Below, piece by piece: positions 14,101 through 28,000 of a stretch of 64,000 bases of DNA. Numbering within the stretch: the stretch's first letter is position 1; each line of letters starts with the position of its first letter. Position numbers and translations under genes: made by a program. The notes under the pieces were generated by a model that worked only from the letters and a program-made list of their open reading frames with translations, had not been told where the DNA came from and did no database searches. The stretch is from Tubiluchus corallicola. Lineage: Eukaryota; Animalia; Priapulida. Location: the NCBI GenBank assembly GCA_030141605.1, contig JAQGDQ010000566.1:62001-126000 (forward strand), read 5' to 3'.

Positions 14101-17100
14101 TTTTTAAGTAAATATTGAGGTTGGACTGGACAGAATAAGCAGGAGTTTTAGCATTTGGCAGCATCTATGAAATCCTTGCAAGAAACGTCTGGATCATTGT
14201 TAAGTGTATTAGCCATTATAGTATTGATTTGCTTTGTTTCCCATTTGCATCATCAGCAATTTTATATTTGCCCATTTTCAGCTTGTCTCGTTCTGCACGC
14301 AATGCTGAAATTGAAGATCCCTCGATAGATATTGTTATTGAAGGTTGGTCCGAAGACACTGATGATGCACTTACAGGAACAAGTCTTTCCAAGAAAATTT
14401 CGGAAAGCTGCACACCTTCACGTGTTGAAAAGTATAGTATTTTAACAATTGAACATTTAACAGGGGCATGAGTGTAAAATAAAATTGCATCATCTTGTAA
14501 AAAATGGCAGTATGTTTATTGTACATTGTGTACAAAACTTGTAATTATATATAGCTTCCCATTTGTTTTGTTTGTGATTGATAATTGTGCTATGTTTTCT
14601 CTTTTCTATATCACCTAGCCTATTTTCAGCCATATATGTTAACTAATAGCATGGGAATGCAGTAAGTTGTTGTTATATTGCCATAAGTATGTTACAGTAT
14701 ACTTTCTTGCTTGATTTGGTGCATCAAAATTTTACAAAATCCAAAATCGGCGAGAAAATATGAAATTTGGCGACGAATACGAAAGTTCAATTTTGTCGAA
14801 TTTAGAGAAAATGTCTAAAATGTTTGTGCTTCTAATGTTGAACGCAGGGTGGTATTTTTAAGACTGGCATCTTAGAGTGTTGAATTCAAGGCGATACTTT
14901 GAAACTGTACTCAGGTACTTACGTCTTTGTAGATTTTCTCGAAGGAGTGGGCCAAGTCCCGAGAGAGAGGATGAAAGCTGGAAGCAAGAAAGTTTTCCAT
15001 CATTGACTGAAGTTTATAGGTATTGCGGAGTTATTTTAATTATTTTGTTCTGCTGTTGCATTTTTTCAAACTCATTCTCTAGTGGTTTACTTAACTTAAT
15101 GGTTTCGTAAGTGATGAATAATACCTACTAAGAACATTACTGATATTCTTGTAAGATTCTTTTATTGAGAAAAGTGAATTTTGGCATATATCATGATCAC
15201 AAATACATTTGAAAATTGTTGTCTGTTTTTTTAAACCAAATTGCAATAGATTTTGCCTGATAATATTTACAGTATGATCTGGCTACCAGACCAAAACATG
15301 TGGTTCCGAGACCCAAAGCTCGACTTTGTTACTAGAAAAAAGCATTTCGTTAAATCATTTGATACTGTTCCATTACAATAATTTGAAACATTGCCCTTTA
15401 ATAATCTTGAGCTTGAGGTTTTGACTTAAAACCTCTTTTTTGTTTTAGAATTTGAATTAATTTTGGTGTTTGTTACTTATATTATTTTTTTATTACAGGT
15501 CAGAAAAGAAGCGAGATTTACCAAAGATAGTGCCTAAATGGAGTAGGAATGTCGCACCTAGGTTTCGGAAGCTGCGGGAGCAGCAGCATCACCAGCAGTC
15601 AATTGCAACGCCACTTTTGCCAGATGAACATCAGATGCATTCCAAAACTGATTTTAGACATTCTCCAAGTCCAGCACTCCAAAATGAATTTGTACATCCT
15701 TCAACCAGAATTAAAGCTGATGCTAGCTATGCTGAAGCTCTTCCTGTAACTCAAAAATTAGATGCGAATGACAATATGTGCACAGAGGAAAAATCATTAG
15801 AAGTTGATAATCCAAGCCAAATTTCAGACTTGCCAACAGCACTTAATGAGCCGAGTGTGATGAGCAAGAGCATTACAAAGTTAGTTTTTCTTTTTTAATA
15901 GAAAAACCAGTGATTTTATATTAGCTGCATGGTGTCAAGCCAGCTGGCTGTTAGGCAAAGGCTGATAGATAAACGACTGATTATTCAAGTCTGATTTATC
16001 TGTTCTAACCTAGAGCAATTTTTTAGCAGTCGGTTAAGTGCAAAAACTGAAATATGATTTAGATAATTCAAAAATTCAAAGATAATTCAAAAGTTTTTAA
16101 ACAAATCCTGTAATGAAATAATAGAAACCTGAATGATTTAAAAACGCTAAGTTATCACTGTTAGGTCTTTGCAACAAAATCTAGTGGTCGACCACCAATC
16201 AATCATTGTTAATTAAAAATCAATAACTGCTCCCTATTTATTACCAGAATTTAAACGAGACCAACTTCGCATTGTGTAAACAAATGAAAAGCAGAGTTGA
16301 GTGATTACAGTATTATTTATCAAAAATTAACAAGTCTCAAATTTGTTTTCAAATCCATGAGCATAACCATGTTTGTCACTTGACTGTGTCTGGTCCAGTG
16401 CGGTTTACTGATGTGAGAAAATGTAGATCATAATAATTACATTGATTGTGCTCATATGTGGCTAACCAGTGTGCATGGTGCCCATAACTAAGTATCACTT
16501 GACTATGCCTGGTACAGTTTGACTTACTCGCGTGTGACTGAGCAGTTTGTTCTAATTTTCACATTTACATAATCCCAGGTTATTTAACACTGCCATTGTC
16601 TGAGTTTCTATCCCAGGTGTCTGCCCTCCAAGTTTCATGACCTGAGGAGACCAGCCAGAAAAAAATTGTTTCTGTCTTGCCTCATGTGCACAAAAGATGT
16701 CAGTACTGAAGTAAAAATTTTTTCAAGCTTTTTGAATGTTTAAAGCTGAATCGTGGATTCAGGTGAAATCCAAAGTTTTTTTCTTATTTTCCACTGGTTA
16801 GCAGTACTGTTTTAAATATTTTCAATGTCTTGCATTACTAAAATATCGTGTAATTATCGATTATTGTATGGTCGCTTTTTTATACGTTACGAACGCGTGT
16901 TCTGATAATTATGGTGTAAGCAGCAACACTACTTGGGGTCATCAACATGCTGATTTGCAAGAAAATACGATATTTTCCGGTATCCAGTATGATAATCAGA
17001 ATCATACAAAATGTCAGTCTTGGCCAAGAGATTGCCTTAGAAAAACATGGCTGCGTCCTCTCCAGAACAATGACGTTATAACAATTATTGCATTTTAAGT

Positions 17101-19007
17101 TTTAAATTTAAAAAATGCGCCATTATATGACGGAGTAAGTTAAGTGTATGAACGTGTAAAGAAAGATAAAATTCCTACCCGGCCAATTAGATGTAAACAG
17201 AAGTATTTTTATTGTGGCGGTTCGTAGTTCAAATTACTGGAGGTGCTACTTCAGAAAAATCTTAGCCATTGTTCTAATACTGTGTAAAGCAAAACAAACA
17301 TATGTGATTTTTTAGTGTTGTAATTTGTAATTTTAATGTTGTAATTTGTAGAATCCTAAACAACAAATATTGTTTGCTTGCAATTAGCCTAAATTATCGC
17401 AGTTCAGGCAATGCACTTGCGAGTTAAAATGAATTAAAAATGGTTGCTTTATAAAACTTGTGAAATCAATGCCTAGCATTGAGTTCTCATAGAATCTGTT
17501 GCTTGCAGATTATATAAAAGTGTGCACTTGTCCAAACACTGTTTGTTTGATATTTTAATGATGCCTTACCTGTTGCCAGGTCATCAGACGAAGAAAAAGA
17601 GAAGCGGGAGATAAGACATGGTCATCTTGTTAAGCAAATTGATAAGGTTCTCACTTCTCATAGTCTGCATCATTACGATGCCATTCTGGATGAACTGGAT
17701 AAAGTTATAATGATGGGTTGGTTTTTTTTTAATTACAGTCTTTTTATTTTAACCTGAGTTTGCAGCTGAGTTTGCAAACGATGTTACTAAGAACATTTCT
17801 GGTGCACCAAGAATTTTCTGAATTAGTGATGTTCATGAATTTTGAATAGGTTACTAATTTTCTAAAGGATGTCACATTTGATTTTACAAACCCACAGTTA
17901 TTTTAAAAACATGTGGTTTTGTAAAAATACACAAATTAATTTAAATAATAATAATATAATACATCTAATTTATTCTCCATTTGCAGAAGTACAATACATT
18001 TGTTATTCATAAATACACTTCATGCATAATATATGAAACATTACTACAGTTATCACAGTTAATTACATATATGCAATAGTGTGCATGAAAGTTATCTGTG
18101 TCAATATTCTCTAATGTATACTGTACATTACAGCACCTGATACGAATATCTGTGAAATACAGTACCGTTTGGTTACACTAGGAAAAATACTTTTCTTTTT
18201 GTGCTTTTGCATTGCAAAATCACAATAATAGGCATTTAGAATAATCATAGTTTCATAATTCTGACATTTTCTTTTTGCGACATGATTGACTAAGCTGCAT
18301 GCAATCTTTAAAGCAAACAGGATAGCTTACACCCGCATTGAACTGCTAAGACATAAGCTCTCGCCGCTGACGAATCTCTGCTTTCAAGACATTCCGGAAG
18401 CTATTGTCAAACACCATTCACTGTGCTTTGATGATGATTACCAGAATGGGATAAAAGATGCACCACATAAAGGCAAGCGTTTGACATTTTTTGCGTGCTT
18501 GTTGCAATCATCATCATCATAATAGCCATGGTCATTGTTATTGCCTGTAACATTGCTCATCATTGTATATGTGTTTATAATTTGTCGAAACTTCGGTAAC
18601 CATTTCCATATTATCAATAGTGTGTATTAGAAATTATAATCAATCATTGCCGTATTTGTTGCTGTTCCCAATTGTATTAGAAATTTTTACACTTTCTTAT
18701 TTCAGTTATTTTCAGTTTGATTTTTTTTATTATGCACTTATTATTACTGTGTATGAATTGTACTAACACGTTATAAGTTTATCAATTTAATGTCATTCAT
18801 AACAATTTAGTTTTTATTATAAGCAGTACTAACACTAATACACTGTAGCATAGCGCCTATAAAAAATGTTCATCACTAACCAAAGGGCAGCTGAATAGAT
18901 GACCAATTGGTCTTTCGCTGCCCTTTCTTCACATTTTTGTTACCAAATTAATTGTATTATAACTGTGCGTGTGTTAAAAGATAAATAAAAGATTATTATT
19001 ATTATTA

Positions 19008-19074
<67 letters not shown>

Positions 19075-22000
19075 GGTAATGATTGATTTTGAAAGTAACT
19101 GACTGTAAATTGTTCTGCTGCACAAACACATGTTTTGACCACTTGTTTATTTTTGAAACTGTACATTTTAATATTTCTGCTTCTTAAATGATTGAAAACA
19201 AATAACAAGAACATAGTAATTGGTCAATCGTTTTGGCCTCCATGGCATAGTTTAGTTATTGAGGCCAATTTCAAGAGGCATTTGGCGCACTCATATTCTG
19301 CTAAATTTCTTTTAAAAATTAAGTGTAACTCAATTTACTACCATGTACCTAAAATGTAAATGTAGTTTTATGTTTTAGTATTTAAGCTCACCCAACAACA
19401 TATTGATGAAACAAAACATTTAAAGCAACTGCCGTTATACGTGTTCAGTATTCATTGCTGCTCTTCATATTTAGTATTTTTTCTTTATATTTGTTCTTCT
19501 AATAGTGTTAATGTTGTTATTAACAATCGTATGTAGTCAAGGTGATCTTATCAGCCCTTAGGACTGTTTGTCAAAGGTGTAATATGGAATAAGAGAACGT
19601 ATATATAAAATGTAAATGGTTTATTAAGATAGGTTGTGCTGTTTGATTTATGAGTTCTTGGGAAATCTTTTACTATCATAATTTTTAATTTTTTGTACTG
19701 CCAACAATTAGAACATTTAAAGTGTTGCCTTTTCGTAAGCATTATAACCACATTATATTTGTAGTGTATTTTTTGTAGCGTAGTCTATCAGTTATTTGTT
19801 TAATTATCCATTAGTCAAACGTATTAATTTTTTAATCACTTAATTCCAGAGACCACTTTGACATCTGGTGCTGAATGGCTTGAACTTGTGTTGGAGACGA
19901 TTATGCGAGCCGCCATTCGACAGGGCTTCCCGGATGCCTCACATCTAGTCATCTTACTGGGAAAATTCCAAGGCAGGTTGCATTGGTTTTCTTCTAGTAA
20001 TGCTTACAGGCTCAAAACAGTGGAATGTTTGGATTATTAAGTTGTGTCAAGTTCTGATCATCTGAGGTGTAAGATATGGCTAAGTGGTCATAATATGTAC
20101 TTCATAGTCAAAGTTAAGCAAAACCAAGATTGTATAGTGAATGGAGGTTGACCACGGGTTCAATACTCACTCTAGGCATTTCTTTCATCACACTAATTCT
20201 GGCTGTTTGCCTAAATGATAAAAGATGTATTCAAAACTAACCTTGCAGAGATATTTCTGCCTGTTCAATACCTCATCTTAGAAGATGGACTTTGACCAGT
20301 ATTGCAATAACCAGCTACATTAAGTACACCTTGAATTTATTTTCAAAGGGCCATCTGTAAATTCTCTTAATGAAAGTTTGCTTACAACAGGTTGCTGTAA
20401 ACTTGACCAATTTTAAATCCTTAGAGTAATTAATATTATTCTCACATATGTGACAATAATCTCTTAAATTTGGTCATAGATGCTAATGTTTGTTTCCACA
20501 AGTCTCCATTGTTTCAATTTTTTTTGCATTTTCTGTAAAAGGTGTTTCTGTTATGGTTTAATTATATGCATTTACAAAAATAGGTAAAGAAGGTTATGCT
20601 GTCTGTTTAAACAAACTCTTGTTGAAGTATCAAAACCAGTTCATAAACTCCAAGGTAACTTTTTATTATAGTGTACATCTTTATTTTCTTTTGTTGTATT
20701 TTTACCAACAAGCAGGAATTTATTGCACGCTTGAACGGAGCGGTCTGACCACAGTTCAAGCAAAATGTCATATTAAGAAATTCACCGTAAATTAATATTA
20801 ATTGCTGTATGTTCTAAGAACATTCTAAGTACAGTAGGCGCGCTTAATAGACTCACGGTTAATAGACTCAATCGCTTAATTGACTCAAAAACGCCTGGTA
20901 CGTGCCGCTTCTATTCAAATGTACATAAAAACTATCGGTAATTGACTCAAATATTTAACTCCACATCATTGACTCAATATTTCACCTACTTAAAATAACA
21001 CATTTGTATGTGCCCAAAGAACCTTTCCTACTTTTATGTCATCTTTTCTTCCCTTTTGTGCACTATGTATACAAAAACAATCATGTTAAGTACCGTTTTG
21101 TTTGTAAGCAGGTACGTTTATCATGTGCTAATACGCTAGCATTGTGGTTTTGCTTTAAATCTGTTACCTGCTCGTCCACTGCAATTATCCTCATTACCCA
21201 GGAATTTCTGGAAGCTGAGCATTTAATTACTTGTCTAGCGCTTTCCCTTTGAAGCTCTCATTTCAAATCACACTTACGCTTAATCAGTTAGCAACCAAAG
21301 ATGCCAGTACAGTAATCAGCAGGTATTCTTTGTGAAATATGATTAGAGCACAGAGTTAAGAAAAATTGCAACTCAAGCACACCAAGCGCTAAATGTTTTA
21401 TGAGAATATGTGCATCACACAGCAACGGATTTTCAATGTTTTTATAATTATGAGAATTTTGTGAGACAACTTGTTCATGATAAAGTGAAGCAGCCGACTT
21501 TGAAGGAATTTTTGTAATTTTTGCAATTAAATGGACTTGTGTGATTTTTAAAAGTATACTTTTTAATATATTGCTAATTCACTTATCTATACTCTTATAT
21601 TAATATTCTTGGTATCTTAATTTATATATATATAAGATTCGCGGCTACAGCCCGGACGAGGGCACCATTTGCGGCGATCTATATATCAAACGAAAGGTCT
21701 CGATCTAGTGTCGTGCCATTGATGGTTTATTTTTCGAATCGGGCCCACCTGAAGGAAGGGGAGTCGAAAAACCTCCAAAAATGGCCATTTTTCGACCGTT
21801 TTTTGCAAAAGTTATACGGCTGAGATGTAGAGAACGGGAATGGGTCGAGGGTGGTGCTGGGTATGGATAGATAGCCCGTTCAGCGGTGGGTGTCATAGGC
21901 CTATTTAGAATTCGCGAGAGGACCACGGCGCCCCGCAACGGGCGTTTTCCCGGACCCAACCCCCGATTTTTTCGAAATTTTGACCAAACAGCCTGCGGGA

Positions 22001-25000
22001 AAAACGTTCTAGCGGCGCCAGGTGGGACTCTCGGAAGGAGATATACGGCTCTTTAGAAAGAGGAAGAACGGGGCTACACGATGATGTGGGCTATATTTTA
22101 GGACAGGTCCACCGAGAGGAGTACCAACGAGTTAATTAGGAGTTCTATTTTCGGCAATTTTCGCTTAGAAAGCTGCTGACGCAAAGGCATTGTTGTGACG
22201 TCATCCATTGTACTCTACTCTGCTTATAACTTTAATTCAGCAAAAAGCTACAGGCTTTGCGTTAGTTAAACAGACAGTAGGCATGATGTTACGGGCTTTG
22301 CGTTATACATGAGGACTAGGTAGGATGTTCGCGTATTATTGATTACACGTGGTTTTTTACGCAAAATCTTTTGCGGGGCCTTTGCTATTTATTATATTAT
22401 AGCACATAGTTTCAACTTTGTGAAAAATGTTTGGAATGGTTTTGTTGTAATGCTGTGCTGTTGGTGCTTGTGCTATAGGTGTCGTCATCATTGCCACCAT
22501 CCATCATCATCATCATCAACATCATGATCACCACGTGAGGTGGTGGATTTGATGTGGTGTGGTGTGATGTGGTGGAGTATTATGGTGTGGGTGGTGCAGT
22601 GGTATGGTGTGGTGCAGTGTGGTGGAGTGGTATGGTGTGGGTGGTATGGTGTGGTGCAGTGTGGTGTTATGGTGTGGTGCTGTGCGGTGTAATGTGGTGG
22701 AGTATTATGGTGTGGTGTGGTGTGGTGTGTGGGTGGTGCAGTGGTATGGTGTGGGTGGTGTGGTGTGTAGGTGGGTGGGTGGTGTGGTGCAGTGTGGTGT
22801 TATGGTGTGGTGCTGTGCGGTGTGATGTGGTGGAGTATTATGGTGTGGGTGGTGTGGTGTGGTGTGGGTGGTGTGGTGTGGTGTGTGGGTGGTATGGTGT
22901 GGTGCAGTGTGGTGGAGTGGTATGGTGTGGGTGGTGTGGTGTGTAGGTGATATGGTGTGGTGCGGTGCGGTGTGGTGGTATTGTGTGGTGCGATGAGGTG
23001 GAGTGGTATGGTGTGGTGCAGTGTGGTGTGATGAGGTGGAGTGGTGTGGTGTGGGTTGTGTGTTGATTTGTGCACAAAATTCTTTTTGTGGGGTTTGGCT
23101 AGTATAAATTAATATTTTAAAATATATTTTTTTTAAATATTTAACTGCACAAAGGAATTCAGGTATTGCTTCATTTCTAAAAAAACCTTTGCATTGCATA
23201 CTAAGGTGATGACTCATACTTCTATATCTGTAATACTACACCCATCTGTTAATAGGTTCAGTCAGTTAATTGGATCAAAACACTTCGGTCCCAAAGTGAG
23301 TCCATTAAGCGGTGCCTACAGTAGCATAATACACCGATTTTAGTGCTAAATTTATTATTACAGTGTTCATAATTCCTTACACTTTTGTTTGTTTTACTTT
23401 TTTAAGACTGAAAAAGCCAGTGCTGTATTAATGGACTTTTAATAATAAAACATTTAATAATGGACGTTTAATAATAAAAGCCAAGTACTTTTTGTAAAGT
23501 CTACAGAAGATCTAATCATGTGCTGGAAATGTTGCAATAGTTTTAAGCAGTTCTGTAAACGACTTTATTCACAAAGGTATTAAAAGCTGACTAGAATATC
23601 TTTGTCGTCTAAGTTTAATTTAGTAACTTTGTTTGAGGAATCGTAACTTTTGGTAAAATGCATATAGAGGAAAAGCGGCCAAAACCTGAATCTTGGTCAG
23701 ATTCTTCCGGATGTCTCTTTCTGTGGCATGGTCACATATGGCGTGGAGAACATGTTTTTTATCGAATTTGTGGTTGTTTGACTTTGACAAACTAAGGCAA
23801 TAAGCAAATTATTAACTGCATCTGGTGTATTTGAAAAGCTCATGCAGAATAGTAGGATGTTGACCTAAAATCTGACCATTGTTGCGTGTTTGTGTTGCAG
23901 ACTCTCAGTACACCTCGTGCTCAACTACTGCGTCAAAACTACTGTGCACTTTTAGCACGGGTATTCCTAGATGCTCAAGGCTGGGGGGAAAAGTAAGTGT
24001 TATCAGATAATGTTTCATTTAAATTTAACTCAGTTGTTGTTCAGTTTGCTTGTAATGCCAAAACACTATGTTGTCTTGCTAATGTAAAGTGTAACTATGA
24101 ATGAAATTTCATTTAATATATGTGATAACATGTATAATGTGAGATACTTTTTGCAGTCTTTTGTATATTTTCTGCCACTGTCTGCTTATAGCATTTCTGT
24201 TGATTATAACAAAGCAATTAAATATTGCAGAGTGTAGTATACGGGTCCTGGTGCAAAATTGATTTGCCACTTTAAAATATTATACAAACATCCATTTTGG
24301 ATATCTGATTTGCCTGTTTTATTCAAGTCTTGTTTTTTTTCTGTTGATTAGCAGACTGTTCTAGTGTAACCCAGTTAAATATTATTATGATCTATTTGGT
24401 ATAGTAGAGGTATAGCATGGTTTTGAAATGCTAAGGTTCTGTGATTTTTGCACCTTGCTCTAGTACTGAATTTGAGCTCTATCAATCTATGTGGAACACG
24501 TTCTTGTTGCATCTTTTAAATCTGGTAAAATTTCGTCTACACTATAAATGACAAAGCTGTAGAAATATTCTAAATAGTACGTTGTACGCCCTACTAAGAA
24601 ATGATGTGCAATAGGTTCTATCATTGTCCTGTAAAACTCGATTATGGTCAGTTTTAAAAATGGACAGCCGTATAGCCTATTTTACATGCATTTTAGCAAT
24701 AAGATGGGTTAATTGTATGGGCCTTATTACGCGATTGTAAAAATTGTTCACAGCAGAGTAGAACTTTTCAAAGCCAGATGTTTGGGTTTTATCACATATT
24801 AGATTATTTTACTTTCTCACTTAGACTTACCCAAAATGCATTGTGTTTATATTTTTTTTTAGAAATGCAACAACTGTAAACAAGTTTGTCTTTCATACGC
24901 TGGAAAAGTGGACAATTTTCAATAGGAATGCTGTGGTAAATTTCACAAAATTAAGTTCATATATATATTTGTAGCAACCAACCAAGAACCCAGGGAGGGG

Positions 25001-28000
25001 GATTGGGGGTCGAGGCAGTAAATGGGGCTTTGTGTAACTGTGAAGCGCATCACAGTTTTTGAAATCTTGTCAAATCAAACCTGTATGTTATAATTTCAAA
25101 CAAGCATGAGAACAAGCCTTGATAAAGACCTCATAAAGCATCTGTGTAATTTCCTAAACATCTGTGTGTTTCTTATATTTTGGTAGAATACTAATTTAGC
25201 AAAATTAAGCTGTATTATTAACACATGTTAGTCATTACTTAAGAACTCCGTGTTTTGTTTTAACACTTTTTCACTTAGTGACGAATGTTTCATTATAAAA
25301 ATGAATTTCTTGGCCCTAGTTCCAGTGAATTTTTATTTCTGCTCTTTTAAGAAACCAGTACTAAGTCCTAAGTGATATTGTGCTTACCATACTTATTAAT
25401 AGCTGGGTGTCATGGATGTGATTTATTACTGGTGCTTGCCTGCTTAGAGACCCTACTGTTACTTGTACACTTAGGGTTAGTAACTAAATTTACCAGTTAC
25501 TGTATTTTACAGTGTTGGGAGAAAGCAGTGCTTTCATATTGGGAGAAAGTTTGGTAAAAAAATGTAATATTAAGCAGTAACACTGGTAAAATGTTTGATT
25601 TATATGAGTCAACTGTTATTTACCATTACCATCCTAACCCCCAACCGTCCCCCCGGATTTAAGTTTTCATGCGATAGTCTGGTTCTAACATATAATGCCT
25701 CACAACAAATATTATAGATATTTTCTACACAATTTTCAATTCATATGTAAATTACTCTAGCTTTTTACATTAATATCTTGTGATTGTGAACATGAATAAT
25801 CAAATTGCATGATATAACATAGTTCCATGCCGGTATCATATTGTTTCATAATCAGCTAACCAATAACTTATAATTACAAAAATCAGTTCACTGTTGTTTG
25901 TGTATTACAGCATCAACAGAAGAGTCAGCTGTGGTTACAACAACAGTTTGTCGATTGTGTTCAGCTAGTCCTGTACAGTGTTGGACCCATCATGGAAGCT
26001 CGTTTCTTAAATGAAACTAATAAAATATTTGATGCAATCAGGGAGTGTGCTTTGTCTGATAATGTTCCCAAGTAAGAAATTAAGCTAATTTTCTATAACT
26101 TGTACTTAGTCAGTAAGTTAAATGCATTGTCTACATAGCATATGAGATATGTAACAGTTAAATATAAAACATAAATTATTTCTTAAAATTATTTCAGAAC
26201 TACTAAAACCAAGATGCTAGACCTGCTGCTGTTTCGTAGTGAAAACTGGGGTCGTGTTAAGATCGAAAGCTCTACATTTTCTTCTGATGATGAGAGAAGT
26301 GGTAAAGAATCTTACTGCTGTGCTTTCCTTTGTACTTGCTGTAGCTAATTAAGTTTATTCCTTGTGTAAAATTTTATGGCGTGAAATTAAATGATGATTA
26401 CATTTATACTTCTAACTACAATGCTTGTTGCTTCTAGCCAGTGGCATAGGAATAGCATCCGAGGTCTCGAACACAGTTAATTTTGTCATCTTTGTCAGGT
26501 GCTAATTATGTTTATTATAGACATTATTTAGGCAGAATTTTTAAATGTGTACTTGCATAGCAGAATCGTCCACAAGTCGGTAAATGAGCTTTTCTGGTTA
26601 TTCACATATTCCTGACGAATATCTGGGCTTGGCAACAGAAAAAACTTGAAACAAAATGACTGCTTCCACGAGCTTCTATCGGAGTTTGAAGATACGAGTT
26701 TTTTACAATAGCAGTACTTGTTTGTACCCAGAAAAGTGGGTAGGGGGTTTAAATTTTTAATATTTTTTAAATATTTTCTTGATAATTTCATGTTAGAATA
26801 TTAAAGTCCAGTATATTTAGCATTTGTTTTTATAAAAAAAAACAAAAACTTGACATTTGAACAAATTTTTGGTGCATTCTACTTTGAAGCATCATAACAT
26901 AGTTTTAACTATGCCAACTTATGGACGGTTTTGGTTCGCAAGCTCACAAATGAAAAAGGTATATTTTGAAGACATGAATCCAGCAAGCACTAGACTTTGC
27001 TGTGCCAATGTCACTACCATTCATTTAAAAAGAAATTGTGAGACTGAACAGCTTTTTATATAAAAACTTCAAAATGAGCTTTATTAGCATTTTAAACTTT
27101 ATAGCAGCTTTAAATTTAAATATTTTATTTGTTTCATTGCATTCTAATGTAAAGTGCAAAACAGTTTTTATAAAGCTCAAGTTCATATTTTCATGTAAAT
27201 TAGCATTCTGTGTGATTATGCATGTTCCATTATTCCATTGCCAAACGTTTATGCATTTTTAGAAGCTGAACCCCCAAATACAGCTAAACAGAGAGTTGAG
27301 GTGCCGCAGACTGAACCTCCGTTGCAATCGGTCACTGGGACGCCCAGTAAGTGAATAAGTAAAAGAATAATGAGTAAAAGAAGAATAATTAATAAGAATG
27401 ACAAGAATAATGAATTTCCGCATTACGTATTTAGTGCACTTTGTATTTTTGCATTGAATTAATCTGTGTTATTCAGTAAGAGAACTTACCTTTGTCATGG
27501 TTTGTGGTCAGAGAACTAAGTTGAGCATTTGTGAACCTGCTCAATAAAAACAAATGAATGGGAGGCGGCCACGAAAACTTCTGGCTGTTTCTTACCGTAC
27601 ATGCTGTTTATTGTGTTAAGAGGGATGGAGACATGTCCGAATGTGGTTTAGGCACCGTTGCTGTTTCAGTATATCATCTTAGTGAATTGTCGTTGATAAT
27701 GAAATAAGTACTTTTAAGTGAAGGATGTTGGTCTGCCATACTAAGTGAAGAAATTTATTGACTAACAGAATAACCCTGGACAAGTTCTGATAGGTGACTG
27801 GTTCTGGCTAGTAGTTAGTGTAACGGCTGATAATTGATTCTGTTTTCCCGAAGTTTCTAAGTTTGTGCAAAAATATATCGGTTCATCGGAGAACTCCGAT
27901 AATGAAATGGCTATAATGAGTCACTATGGAAATCAGGAGTTAATCTTTCTCAAGGTCTGTGCAATTGATAATTGACAAAAATCATCCATTTCTGATATTA

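Larger units (their letters stand above)
20832..23321. mobile_element. Tigger/pogo-like non-autonomous element containing nested insertions
   Basis: Left end TA|CAGTAGGCGCGCTTAATAGACTCA; right end TGAGTCCATTAAGCGGTGCCTACAG|TA (imperfect inverted repeat with TA flanks). Confidence 0.7.

Noticed and set aside
20070-20180. Functional tRNA gene (also 29900-29985 and 40700-40790)
   Set aside because: Only A/B-box-like remnants are present and no cloverleaf can be drawn; treated as SINE-type relics.
22554-23217. Overlapping V/W/C/G-rich and H/T/P-rich ORFs
   Set aside because: These are translations of the GT-rich satellite.
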